From positions 71,062 to 135,061 of the forward strand of contig JAFZTS010000002.1 in the NCBI GenBank assembly GCA_017618715.1: a stretch of 64,000 nt of DNA. Reading direction: 5' to 3'. This DNA is from Bacteroidales bacterium (GTDB lineage Bacteria > Bacteroidota > Bacteroidia > Bacteroidales > UBA3663). The notes under the pieces were generated by a model. It ran no database searches and was not told the DNA's origin. It saw only the letters and a program-made list of their open reading frames with translations. Positions 36,259-45,497 of the stretch are shown piece after piece. The translations under genes and the position numbers were made by a program. Within the stretch, counting starts at the first letter, position 1; each line of letters begins with the position of its first letter.

Positions 36259-37596
36259 CTACTTCACAAACAGCTCCTGCACAGCCTCGATTTTCTCATT
36301 TCGACAGATTACCACCACCTGGTCGCCAGGCTGGATATGAGTCTGACCCGTGACGGTCTGTCCCTGTCCATTCCGCACCATGCCGCCTAAGGTGATACCC
36401 TTGGGCAGACGCAACTCCATCACCGGCTTCAGTGTGATGGATGAATTGTTCTGGGCTGTGAGGTCCACCACCTCGGCATCGATCAGGCTGAAACACTTTG
36501 CATTCGTCTTGTCCGACTCCAGCAGAATCTGATAGATAGATGCTGCCGTGAGTGATTTCTTGTCAACGGTCGAACCAATATTGAGGTTTTGAGCCATGGT
36601 TACCTGCTCCACGTCGCTCACTTCGACGATGCTCTTCCCCACACCCATCTTCTTGGCAGTCAGACAAGCCAGGATATTCGAATCGGAATCCGGACCTACG
36701 GCCACAAAAGCATCGTGGACGTTGATATTCAGATCGCTCAATGTCTCGATATAGTTCTTCATCCCCCTCACCACCTTCACTTTGGGCAGCTTGTCCATCA
36801 CATGATTGGCATTGTCAGCATCATCTTCGATGAAGACCACATCGTAGTTCTTCTTCAGGTAATAACAGAGTTGTATGCCCAGGCGATTACCACCCAGAAT
36901 GATGATGCGATGCAAGTCGCGGTTTTTCTTTCCGCAGGTGAAGCGTACCACGTCGGCCTTTTTTGGCAGTGTGATGAAATACACCAGGTCCTCGGCCTTG
37001 ACGACATCATTGCCGTTGGGGATGATCAAATCGACATCGCGCCTGATGGCAGCCACATGGAACGACTCATGATGCATGCGTCCAATATCCATGAGCTTCT
37101 TTCCTACGATGGGAGCTCCTTCACGCACTTTGACAGCCAGCAACAACAGGCTGCCATCGCAAAGCGAGATGCTCTGTCGCGCCCAAGGTAGGGCTATGGC
37201 ATCGGCAATAAATTGTCCTCCCAGCATTTCGGGATAGACGAGGTCGCTGATGCCGATGCGCTTGTAGAACTCTGCCGAGTCGGCCTTCTGTGTCTCGTAA
37301 TTGTCCACACGGGCCATCGTACGGCGGGCACCCAGGTTTGCAGCGAGGATGCACGCATGGATGTTCGTGCTCTCATCGGGAGTCACGGCAATGAATAGGT
37401 TACACTCAGGCACACCAGCTTCCGTTAGGGCATGGATGCTGGTGGGCTTGCCAGCCATGGTCATCAGGTTCATGAAGGTCAACTGAGAGATGCGGTTCAC
37501 ATCCGAATCCATCAGCACCACGTCATGATTCTCTTTCGCCAAAAGCTTGGCCAGATGTGTGCCCACTTCCTGGGCACCAGCGATAACTATTTTCAT
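36259..37596 (-). CDS. trkA: Trk system potassium uptake protein TrkA
   Basis: 445 aa with a tandem RCK/KTN NAD-binding domain architecture. Adjacent to trkH. Confidence 0.95.
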   Translation of the reverse strand: MKIVIAGAQEVGTHLAKLLAKENHDVVLMDSDVNRISQLTFMNLMTMAGKPTSIHALTEAGVPECNLFIAVTPDESTNIHACILAANLGARRTMARVDNYETQKADSAEFYKRIGISDLVYPEMLGGQFIADAIALPWARQSISLCDGSLLLLAVKVREGAPIVGKKLMDIGRMHHESFHVAAIRRDVDLIIPNGNDVVKAEDLVYFITLPKKADVVRFTCGKKNRDLHRIIILGGNRLGIQLCYYLKKNYDVVFIEDDADNANHVMDKLPKVKVVRGMKNYIETLSDLNINVHDAFVAVGPDSDSNILACLTAKKMGVGKSIVEVSDVEQVTMAQNLNIGSTVDKKSLTAASIYQILLESDKTNAKCFSLIDAEVVDLTAQNNSSITLKPVMELRLPKGITLGGMVRNGQGQTVTGQTHIQPGDQVVVICRNEKIEAVQELFVK

Positions 37597-37601
37597 TGCT
37601 C

Positions 37602-37655
37602 TAATCTCTGATTACTCGGAATACTCGGAGTACTCCAATTACTCCGAATCCTCCA
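37602..37655. repeat. 9-bp-period array (about 6 units) bridging the dxs stop and the trkA start
   Basis: ctaatctct g attactcgg aatactcgg agtactcca attactccg aatcctcca. The centre is a 10-bp palindrome ggagtactcc. The dxs stop codon (37639-37641) lies inside the array. Confidence 0.7.
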
Positions 37656-39591
37656 CCAAAGTCTTCGCGATGCTCGAGGCATCGATTCCGCAGAGCCGGT
37701 AGAGTTCGCTCACCGAGCCTTGGGCGATGAACTCGTCGGGAATACCAAGGTTAAGGATCTTGCCCTTGTAACCCTGACGATTGGCTTCTTCGAGCACAGC
37801 ACTGCCGAAACCTCCTGCCAATGCTCCATCCTCGACCGTAATGATACGCGTGTACATATTAAATATACGCGCGAGAAGCTCCACGTCAAGGGGCTTGCAG
37901 AAGACCATGTCATAGTGAGCGACACCCTTCTTCGAAAGGATTGGGCCATCTGTCGTGGCGATTCCCTTCTCTGCCATGTCTATGGCTTTTGATGCTTCAA
38001 TGCCAATCGGACCGAAAGTGAGCACTGCCGTATTGCCGCTTCCCTCCCTGAGACAGTAGCCACGTCCAATCTCAACGGGTTCGAGAGCGTTCTTCCAGTT
38101 CGGGTTGCCATCCGCATCCTTACCCGGGATGCTGCCACGTCCGCGTGGATAACGTATCATAAAAGGACCATCCGCAACTTCGACGGCAGTCGTCATCAGC
38201 TTGCGAAGCCAATGCTCATCGATGGGTGAGCAAACCGTCATGCCTGGAATGGCGCGGAAATACGGGATGTCGAGTACGCCGTGATGCGTAGGGCCATCGG
38301 CTCCTACCAGTCCTGCACGATCCAGACAGAAGATGACGTGCAAGTGTTGCAGCGATACGTCGTTCACCACCTGGTCGATGGCACGTTGCATGAAAGTCGA
38401 ATAGATGTTGCAGAACGGCAACATGCCCTCCTTGGCCAACCCGCCGCTGAAGGTCACGGCATGTTCTTCGGCAATGCCCACGTCGAACGTGCGGTCGGGG
38501 AAACGTTCCATCATATAGGTCATCGAGCAGCCCGTTGGCATGGCAGGTGTCACACCCACGATACGCTCGTTCCTCTCGGCCAGTTCCACCAGCGTCTTAC
38601 CGAAGATATCCTGAAACTTCGACGGCAAACCCTCCGTATTCTCCTTGATGCGTTCGCCCGTTGCAGGGTCGAACTTACCCGGCGCATGCCAGATGGTGGC
38701 CTGCTCCTCGGCTTGCTTGAAGCCCTTGCCCTTGATGGTGCAGACATGCAGCATCTTCGGTCCACCCAAGTCCTTGATCTTGCGCAAGGTCTTGACGAGC
38801 GACACCACGTTGTGGCCATCCACGGGTCCGAAATAACGGATATCGAGACCCTCGAAGATATTCTGTCGGCGCGAGAAGAGCGACTTCACGCTGTTGGCGA
38901 AGCGTATCAACGCGCGACGCAAGCCGTCGCTGATCAATCCATGGCGCTTCAAAGCATTGTATGCCTTGTAGCGCAGCAGATTGTAGCGCTGGCTGGTGGT
39001 GATACTTGTCAGATAGTGGTAGAGGGCTCCCACATTCTGATCGATGGCCATCTGGTTGTCGTTGAGCAGGATGAGCAGATCGTTCGGATGCGAAGATGCA
39101 TTATTCAGACCCTCGAAAGCCATGCCTCCGCTAATTGATGCATCACCAATCACGGCTACCACCTTGCGCTTGTTGCCCTCCAGCTTGTTGGCCACAGCCA
39201 TACCCAAGGCAGCTGAAATGCTGTTCGAAGCATGGCCGGTAGAGAACGTATCGTACTCACTCTCCTTCGGGGTGGGGAAGCCGCTCAGTCCTCCCATCTG
39301 ACGCAGGGTGGGAAACGTGTCACGTCGTCCGGTCAATATCTTGTGGGCATAAGCCTGATGTCCTACGTCCCACACCAGACGATCTTCAGGCGTGTCATAG
39401 ACGTAATGCAATGCCACAATAATCTCAATGGCACCCAGGCTCGAAGCGAAGTGACCCGGATGAACGCTCACCTGTTCTATGATGAACTGACGAAGTGCCT
39501 GACATACATCCGGCAACTGCTCGACGGGCAGCTTCCTTAGGTCGGCAGGACTATCGATCCGCTCAAGTATGTTCTTATATTTTTCTTCCAA
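37639..39591 (-). CDS. dxs: 1-deoxy-D-xylulose-5-phosphate synthase
   Basis: 650 aa. [16 protein letters not shown], the TPP motif [16 protein letters not shown], and transketolase-like pyrimidine and C-terminal domains. The start codon is TTG at 39591, and there is no in-frame ATG nearby. Confidence 0.97.
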   Translation of the reverse strand: MEEKYKNILERIDSPADLRKLPVEQLPDVCQALRQFIIEQVSVHPGHFASSLGAIEIIVALHYVYDTPEDRLVWDVGHQAYAHKILTGRRDTFPTLRQMGGLSGFPTPKESEYDTFSTGHASNSISAALGMAVANKLEGNKRKVVAVIGDASISGGMAFEGLNNASSHPNDLLILLNDNQMAIDQNVGALYHYLTSITTSQRYNLLRYKAYNALKRHGLISDGLRRALIRFANSVKSLFSRRQNIFEGLDIRYFGPVDGHNVVSLVKTLRKIKDLGGPKMLHVCTIKGKGFKQAEEQATIWHAPGKFDPATGERIKENTEGLPSKFQDIFGKTLVELAERNERIVGVTPAMPTGCSMTYMMERFPDRTFDVGIAEEHAVTFSGGLAKEGMLPFCNIYSTFMQRAIDQVVNDVSLQHLHVIFCLDRAGLVGADGPTHHGVLDIPYFRAIPGMTVCSPIDEHWLRKLMTTAVEVADGPFMIRYPRGRGSIPGKDADGNPNWKNALEPVEIGRGYCLREGSGNTAVLTFGPIGIEASKAIDMAEKGIATTDGPILSKKGVAHYDMVFCKPLDVELLARIFNMYTRIITVEDGALAGGFGSAVLEEANRQGYKGKILNLGIPDEFIAQGSVSELYRLCGIDASSIAKTLVEDSE

Positions 39592-39605
39592 AGTATTACT
39601 TTTTT

Positions 39606-39650
39606 CTATAGTACCTATAGTTACTATAGTGTCTATAGTTTCTATTGCAT
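39606..39650. repeat. 9-bp-period array of the palindrome CTATAG (4-5 units) between the wbqC stop and the dxs start
   Basis: ctatagtac ctatagtta ctatagtgt ctatagttt ctattgcat. The array ends at the wbqC-like stop codon (39650-39652). Confidence 0.8.
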
Positions 39651-40294
39651 TATGAGGTACCTTTAACTATCTTCTCCAGAATAAGGATCGACTCAGGACC
39701 CATGTTGAATAGCAAATCCAAGATACTAACGTCTGCCATGAATTGTTGTCGTCCCCCGACACACGCCACCTGATAATAAGGTGGTATCTTCATGCTACCC
39801 AGTGGCAGCGAAGGAGCGTCGCTTCGGAATAAGCCATTTGGTGTGATGCAGTCCAAAGTTCCCATCCATTGTTCGGAGTAGCGAATCTTTGGCTCAAAGC
39901 CTATCTCCCTGCAGATATGTTGGCGCAGCGCCTCGTTCATTCCGAAGAGTGTCCCGTCGTGACCATGTAGGAAAACCTCCCGCAGATCGTCGATGTAGTA
40001 CTCGTAGAAAGGCGAATTGCCGTAATAGGTGGCCAACGAATAAAGATGTTGGCGCTGCCAGTCGCCGTGGTTGCTCAAATGCACCTCGCGAATGGGCATC
40101 TTCAGTTTGTTGCCCTTCTCGACGTTCACCGACAGTGTCTGTGGGCCTTGATCGGTAGCTATGATGCAGCGGGTGCGGAGCGTCTGCTTTGTGTAATGCT
40201 CGTTCGCCTCTATCACCACCTCTTCACCCGCATAGAGCACGGCATAATACGAGACGGGAGCAAAATATGCGACAGGCAATACGACGTGCGACAT
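39650..40294 (-). CDS. WbqC-family protein
   Basis: Start at [17 protein letters not shown], whose ATG overlaps the lepB stop (TGATG). [13 protein letters not shown] and NSPFYEYY motifs typical of WbqC-like proteins. Confidence 0.7.
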   Translation of the reverse strand: MSHVVLPVAYFAPVSYYAVLYAGEEVVIEANEHYTKQTLRTRCIIATDQGPQTLSVNVEKGNKLKMPIREVHLSNHGDWQRQHLYSLATYYGNSPFYEYYIDDLREVFLHGHDGTLFGMNEALRQHICREIGFEPKIRYSEQWMGTLDCITPNGLFRSDAPSLPLGSMKIPPYYQVACVGGRQQFMADVSILDLLFNMGPESILILEKIVKGTS

Positions 40295-41775
40295 CAGAGT
40301 CCCTTCACTTTCTTGAACCAGCGATCCTTGCGCCATTCGCCCGTCTCCTGGTTGATCGAGAACCAGACGAAAAGTGGGGTGCCCACAACGTGGTCTTCCG
40401 GCACGAATCCCCAGTAACGCGAGTCGAGCGAGTTGTCGCGGTTGTCACCCATCATCCAGTAGTAGTCGTAGCCGAAGGTAAACTCCTGGGTCTCCTTGCC
40501 ATTCAGCTCGTATTTGTCCTTGCCGAGACGGACTAGCTGGTTGCCCTGACCGTCGCCTGTGGCCTGATTGGGTTCATATACGCGAATGCAGCGACCGTAA
40601 AGCTTTACGTTCTCATCGGTCAGCTTGATACTTTTGCCTTTTTGGGGAATCCATAACGGGCCAAAGTTCGAACCTGTCCAGTCTGATAGTTCATCCTGCG
40701 GATAAACCGAGCCGGGAGCCTCCTGATAAGGGCTGTCCTTGATCCACTCCACCTTGCCAGATTTCTCCAATCGCTCCTTCGCCTCGCTCGTCAGGTTCAC
40801 AAGATAGAGGGGAGCATAACGTCCGGTGACGCTGTCGGGACTGATCTCATAATAATGGTAGAACGAAGCATCCTGTATCGGCTGCACATCGGGACCCACC
40901 GAGCCGTTACTGCTACCCTTGGTATAGATGCCCATCCGCTTCCATTCGCGTTCGGTGATGATGCCGCCCTTCGTCAGCACCACATACCTGTGCTGCAGGT
41001 ATTGCGGGTCTTTCAGTTCCTTGCCGTCAATCAACACCTTGCGGTCGATAATCTGCAGCGTCTCGCCCGGCATACCGATCAGACGCTTTACGTAGTTCTC
41101 GCGACGATCGACTGGGCGGGTGACGATTTCGCCAAAGGTCTTCTTGTCGCTCCACACCTTGTCACGCCCGTACATGCTGCAGAGCGTGTAGTAGTCGGGG
41201 TTCTCGCAATTCACGCATACTGTGTCGCCATTCGGGTAGTTGAACACCACAATGTCGTAGCGCTCCATCTTCGTCAATCCCGGCATGCGCCTGTAGTTCA
41301 CCTGCGGATGGGTGATATAGCTCTTGCCGAAACGTGTCGAGCCAATCGACACCGTATGCTGGAACAGGGGCAACGACAAGGGAGTCATCGGCACGCGCGG
41401 TCCGTAGTGGTATTTCGACACGAGCAAATAATCGCCCGCCATCATCGTCTTCTCGAGCGAAGTGGTAGGAATCTGGAAGTTCTGGAAGAAGAAGTTCTGT
41501 AGCACCCACACAGCCACCAAGGCAAAGACGATGGCATCAACCCACGACATCGTGCTGCGCAGGAATCCGTTCTTGATGCTCTTGTACCAGTCCCATTTGA
41601 TGAATCGAGTCCAATACACATCCACCACAAACGGGAGGACGAGGAAGGGCACGAACGAGTCCATCCACAACGCAAAGAGTACAATCGCAATAATTCCGAC
41701 CACCAGCCACACCTTGTCGCTCGTGGTCATCTTGCGGCCGAAGCCGCGTATTTCCTTTTCTGTATTTTCACTCAT
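40294..41775 (-). CDS. lepB: Signal peptidase I
   Basis: 493 aa. TM anchors, KRLIGMPGE (catalytic Lys box) and GDNRDNSLDSRYWGFV box E. Confidence 0.9.
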   Translation of the reverse strand: MSENTEKEIRGFGRKMTTSDKVWLVVGIIAIVLFALWMDSFVPFLVLPFVVDVYWTRFIKWDWYKSIKNGFLRSTMSWVDAIVFALVAVWVLQNFFFQNFQIPTTSLEKTMMAGDYLLVSKYHYGPRVPMTPLSLPLFQHTVSIGSTRFGKSYITHPQVNYRRMPGLTKMERYDIVVFNYPNGDTVCVNCENPDYYTLCSMYGRDKVWSDKKTFGEIVTRPVDRRENYVKRLIGMPGETLQIIDRKVLIDGKELKDPQYLQHRYVVLTKGGIITEREWKRMGIYTKGSSNGSVGPDVQPIQDASFYHYYEISPDSVTGRYAPLYLVNLTSEAKERLEKSGKVEWIKDSPYQEAPGSVYPQDELSDWTGSNFGPLWIPQKGKSIKLTDENVKLYGRCIRVYEPNQATGDGQGNQLVRLGKDKYELNGKETQEFTFGYDYYWMMGDNRDNSLDSRYWGFVPEDHVVGTPLFVWFSINQETGEWRKDRWFKKVKGL

Positions 41776-41778
41776 AAA

Positions 41779-42567
41779 TTAAAAACTCATCAGATCGGTC
41801 ATCGTGAACACACCCTTCTTACCATCGCTCATCCATTCGGCGGCAACAACAGCACCGAGGGCGAAACCGCGACGCGACTTGGCCGAATGGGTCATCGTGA
41901 TGGTATCCACGTCGCTGTCGTAGGTCACAGTGTGGATACCCGGCACCTCGCCGCGGCGGAAGGCAATCACCTCCAGTTCGTCATCATGATGTGCCTTGAA
42001 GGTTGTACCCACCTCGGCATTCCTTGCCACATCCACGCTCTGGTCCTCATGCTGCCAGATGGCAGCCGTCTCTTTCCACGTACGCTTGCGCTCGAGGTTT
42101 TCGGTGATAGCGTCGGCGATGGTAATAGCCGTACCGCTGGGTGAGTCAAGTTTATGGATGTGGTGTGTTTCACTCAGCGTAACATCATACTGCGGATAAC
42201 TGTTCATGATTCTGGCCACAAACTTCTGCATAGCCACGAAGACGTTCACGCCAATCGAGAAATTCGAAGCCCAGAAGAGCGAACCATTCGCCTTCTCCAC
42301 CTCCTCCTTCACCTTAGGCAGTTCGTCATACCAACCTGTCGAACCCACCACGACGGTCACTCCCTTGTCGAGACACTTGCGGACATTGGCGAGGCAAGTC
42401 TTCGGGGTAGTGAACTCGATAGCCACATCAGCTGTACGGAAGGCTTCACTCTCGAAATCCTCCTGATTATTGATATCTATCGCGCATACCACTTCATGTC
42501 CGCGGCTCTTAGCTATCTCTTCGATGATATGGCCCATCTTGCCATACCCTATCAATGCAATCTTCAT
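41779..42567 (-). CDS. dapB: 4-hydroxy-tetrahydrodipicolinate reductase
   Basis: MKIALIGYGKMG NAD(P) motif and ETHHIHKLDSPSGTA signature. Confidence 0.95.
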   Translation of the reverse strand: MKIALIGYGKMGHIIEEIAKSRGHEVVCAIDINNQEDFESEAFRTADVAIEFTTPKTCLANVRKCLDKGVTVVVGSTGWYDELPKVKEEVEKANGSLFWASNFSIGVNVFVAMQKFVARIMNSYPQYDVTLSETHHIHKLDSPSGTAITIADAITENLERKRTWKETAAIWQHEDQSVDVARNAEVGTTFKAHHDDELEVIAFRRGEVPGIHTVTYDSDVDTITMTHSAKSRRGFALGAVVAAEWMSDGKKGVFTMTDLMSF

Positions 42568-42619
42568 ATTGTATCTTTCTACAAACCAACAATTGTTAAT
42601 TGATACCGATATATCGGGG

Positions 42620-42627
42620 CAAATATA
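42620..42627 (-). promoter_or_regulatory. -7 box (TATATTTG) for dapB
   Basis: caaatata on the + strand, 53 nt upstream of the dapB ATG. Confidence 0.45.
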
Positions 42628-42721
42628 CGCATTTTTTCTGACATAATAGCCAACTTAACAAAAAATAATACGGATTTTGAATATTTTTGCCTAATTTGCT
42701 GTCCATGTCTCAGAAAATTAT

Positions 42722-42729
42722 TATATTTG
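42722..42729 (+). promoter_or_regulatory. -7 box TATATTTG for the DUF2851 gene
   Basis: TAnnTTTG 90 nt upstream of the ATG at 42819. Confidence 0.4.
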
Positions 42730-42818
42730 CACCCTATATTTTGCAAAACAATTCTCCGTTTCTCTACTTCGTGAGAAAGAGATTGATGTCTAATCTTTAT
42801 AAATTTTGAAACACCCCC

Positions 42819-44132
42819 ATGGAGGAACTCATGTATTTCGTTTGGCAGCAGCGTCTCTTCCTCACCATCGAGACGCCAGACCATCAACCCCTCGACATAC
42901 TCCATCCAGGACTACGCAACTACGACGCTGGACCTGACTTCTTTAACGCAAAGGTCAAGGAAGACGGCATCGTGTGGGCCGGTAACGTGGAGATGCATGT
43001 CAAGGCATCCGACTGGTATCGCCATCATCATCAGGACGATCCCGCCTACGATTCGGTGATTTTGCACGTCGTCATGGAACCTGACACTGAGGTACGACTG
43101 CGCAATGGCACACCAATCAAGACCGTGGTAATGCACATCCCCGATGATTTGATGAAACGATACCGTCAGCTTTGCAGCGGCAGTTCTGCCCCGCTCCTGC
43201 CTGGACAAGTACCAACCTATTCGTCCATTTCCTGTTCAAGCCGATTGGATCAGGTGCCGAACGTGGTGTTGCACGACTGGTTGACAGCCCTTTGCACCCA
43301 ACGAATGATCGAGAAACTCCAACGTGTGCGTGACCTCGTTGAAGGACAGCTCAAGGCATGGCCCGAAGCGTTCTATGTGGTGCTCACACGAAGTCTCGGC
43401 ACAGGCGTAAACAGCGACAACATGGAGCGATTGGCACGCAGTCTGCCCTATAGTTGTCTGCTGCATCATAAGGATAACTTTCTGCAGATTCAAGCCCTTT
43501 TGCTTGGTCAGGCAGGCCTCCTGCAAATGCAGGATGCGGAATCAAAAGATGCAAAAGACCAGCAGGAATGGCGACTAATGCAGCGCGAATACGCTTTCTT
43601 GAGGCAGAAATTCAGCCTTACGCCTCTCAATGGGTCCTACTGGAAGATGGGGCGTGTGCGTCCTCCCGCACAGCCTGAAGCTCGTTTACGTGCCTTGGCC
43701 AAGCTTATTTGGACACATCAGGACCTCTTCGATGAAGTACTCGAAGCCAACAGTTTGGAACAACTGGAAAAGATTTTCGGAGGAAAGGGCCTCGGTCGGC
43801 AAACGGTACGTAGCCTTATCATCAATGCCGTTGTTCCTCTCCTACTTGCCTATGCACAGTGGCAAGGCGATGACGAGCGCTGCGAAAAGGCACTCAATCT
43901 GCTCGAAGAACTTCCTCCAGAAAGCAATCGATACATCAACCAATGGATTGAGGCTGGCATCACCGTAAAGTCCGCCATGGACACACAAGCTTTGCTCCAT
44001 CTCTTCAAGAACTACTGCCAGCCACATAAATGCTTGCGTTGCCGCATCGGTTGCTGGCTGCTGAAAAAGGCCGACACATCCCCATCAAGTGGTGAAAGCC
44101 CACTCCAAGTCTCAGATGAGATTCCTTTTTGA
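42819..44132 (+). CDS. DUF2851-family protein
   Basis: 437 aa. N-terminal LMYFVWQQRLF...DAGPDFFNAKVK...WAGNVEMHVKASDWYRHHH...VILHVV pattern as recalled for DUF2851. C-terminal CxxC. Confidence 0.7.
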   Translation: MEELMYFVWQQRLFLTIETPDHQPLDILHPGLRNYDAGPDFFNAKVKEDGIVWAGNVEMHVKASDWYRHHHQDDPAYDSVILHVVMEPDTEVRLRNGTPIKTVVMHIPDDLMKRYRQLCSGSSAPLLPGQVPTYSSISCSSRLDQVPNVVLHDWLTALCTQRMIEKLQRVRDLVEGQLKAWPEAFYVVLTRSLGTGVNSDNMERLARSLPYSCLLHHKDNFLQIQALLLGQAGLLQMQDAESKDAKDQQEWRLMQREYAFLRQKFSLTPLNGSYWKMGRVRPPAQPEARLRALAKLIWTHQDLFDEVLEANSLEQLEKIFGGKGLGRQTVRSLIINAVVPLLLAYAQWQGDDERCEKALNLLEELPPESNRYINQWIEAGITVKSAMDTQALLHLFKNYCQPHKCLRCRIGCWLLKKADTSPSSGESPLQVSDEIPF

Positions 44133-44138
44133 GGAAAC

Positions 44139-44558
44139 GTCCATTTTACGATTCAGAATTGGACACACGCGATTGGAACCGTCCATTTTACGATCGAGAA
44201 TTGGACGCACACGATTGGGAACGTCCATTTTACGATCGAGAATTGGACGCTCACGATTGGAAATGTCCATTTTACGATCGAGAATTGGACACTCACGATT
44301 GGAAACGTCCAATTTACGATTGTGAATTGGACACACACGATTGGGAACGTCCATTTTACGATCGAGAATTGGACGCACGCGATTAGAAACGTCCAATTTA
44401 CGATTGAGAATTGGACGCTCACGATTGGAAATGTCCAATTTACGATCGGGAATTGGACGTACGCGATTGGAAATGTCCAATTTACGATTGTGAATTGGAC
44501 GCGTGCAATCAGAAATGTCCAATTTTAGATCGGGAATTGGACGTACGCAATTTACGAC
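44139..44558. repeat. Tandem repeat: 10 x 42 bp (consensus GTCCAWTTTACGATYGNGAATTGGACRCWCRCGATTGGRAAY)
   Basis: Unit starts at 44139, 44181, 44223, 44265, 44307, 44349, 44391, 44433, 44475 and 44517, an exact 42-bp period. Each unit has the inverted repeat GTCCAATT/AATTGGAC with a 10-nt loop. There are no unique spacers. Confidence 0.95.
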
Positions 44559-44718
44559 AGATCATTCTTCTTTCCAAGTGAGTTCTTCGTCCTCAACTAT
44601 TGATGAAGTATGAGAAATGAATGGGTGCGAAATACGCAATTACCTTGGATCAATAATACTGGGAGTCAATATTTGCGGTTTTCACTACCATTTTCTTGGC
44701 GAATAGTACAATATGCGT

Positions 44719-44726
44719 TATCTTTG
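44719..44726 (+). promoter_or_regulatory. -7 box TATCTTTG
   Basis: Exact TAnnTTTG 129 nt upstream of the ATG at 44855. Confidence 0.35.
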
Positions 44727-44854
44727 AATCGAAATGAATCCTTAAGTACAAATAAATTGTTTACTTTTGTGTAAAATTGACACTTATTATTGGAGGCTCC
44801 CCAGTAAGAGGATGAGCCAAACAAGAAAAACACTTCAACCAAAAAACAAAAACA

Positions 44855-45184
44855 ATGGAATTAACATTTGAGAAATGGGATAACGGCAAATGGTATGTCG
44901 TACTGCCAGAATGGGATGGATTACAAGAAGACCTTGAAATGGTCGATGGAGCCGACACACTGCTTGACTTCTTGACAACTGACGGAATGTATGTCACGCT
45001 TGAAGTGAGCCTGGACGAACAACCCGATTGGGCTTTGCTGGAACTGGCGGATCACGATGCCATGGGAGGCACTTATAACGTCCACAACGTGGAAGGATTC
45101 CATCAAGAAGCTTGGCTTTGCAACGTCGTCCATTTCGTTTTCGACGAACACCCTGAATACATTTACTTCAAAGTAGTAGAATAA
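44855..45184 (+). CDS. Small, strongly acidic hypothetical protein
   Basis: 109 aa with 13 Glu + 12 Asp against 3 Lys + 0 Arg. Followed by a strong hairpin. No family recognised with confidence. Confidence 0.55.
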   Translation: MELTFEKWDNGKWYVVLPEWDGLQEDLEMVDGADTLLDFLTTDGMYVTLEVSLDEQPDWALLELADHDAMGGTYNVHNVEGFHQEAWLCNVVHFVFDEHPEYIYFKVVE

Positions 45185-45202
45185 CATAGCATAGTAACAA
45201 AT

Positions 45203-45298
45203 AATCCCCCGCCATCGCATTTTAACGATAGCGGGGGAAATTTATGAATAAACAAAGGAATAACTTGAGATCCTCAACAGAGGCCTGAGCTGCAGTCA
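45203..45298. repeat. Degenerate duplicate of the ppdK 3' end plus terminator (partner at 46531-46623)
   Basis: aatcccccgccatcg is identical in both copies. The right hairpin arm is 13/15 identical. The 35-nt coding-end segment at 45264-45298 matches 46589-46623 at 31/35 positions (AAQASVEDLKL versus [10 protein letters not shown]). Confidence 0.8.
45205..45238. terminator. Hairpin (orphan copy of the ppdK terminator) after the acidic-protein gene
   Basis: tcccccgccatcg / cgatagcggggga: a 13-bp stem with 1 mismatch and loop cattttaa. Confidence 0.55.
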
Positions 45299-45497
45299 AC
45301 AGATGTTGATAATCTGCCGCTTACTGGTTTAGTTATAATTCTGGCTCCAAATGTCAGGCACATTCTGCACGTTTTTACACGCTCATGTCAACGTTAGACA
45401 GGATTAATGGCAAATATTCTATTTTCAATATCATATTTCAAGCGACAAGTACTACTCGTAATAGTCTTTTATGTTTATAATTCTGGCTAAAAAAATA

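Noticed and set aside
39606-39650. Resemblance of the minus-strand sequence agacactatagta / gtcactatag to the SP6/T7 phage RNA-polymerase promoter core (CACTATAG).
   Set aside because: Only the 7-8-nt core matches, the upstream promoter half is absent, and no single-subunit RNAP gene is present. The match is a by-product of the CTATAG palindrome repeat.
44112-44522. 136-aa ORF (minus strand) with 14-aa repeats RPILDRKMDVSNRV, and several other 68-89-aa ORFs in other frames across the repeat.
   Set aside because: The ORFs are open in several frames on both strands simply because the unit lacks stop codons. Inter-unit substitutions are mostly non-synonymous. The ORF overlaps the DUF2851 stop and has no promoter box. 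It is treated as non-coding, though a repeat peptide cannot be fully excluded.
44139-44558. Possible CRISPR array (regular 42-bp periodicity with a hairpin-forming core).
   Set aside because: All 42 nt of each unit are homologous between units, so there are no unique spacers. The period is far shorter than a repeat plus spacer. No cas genes or leader are present in the window.
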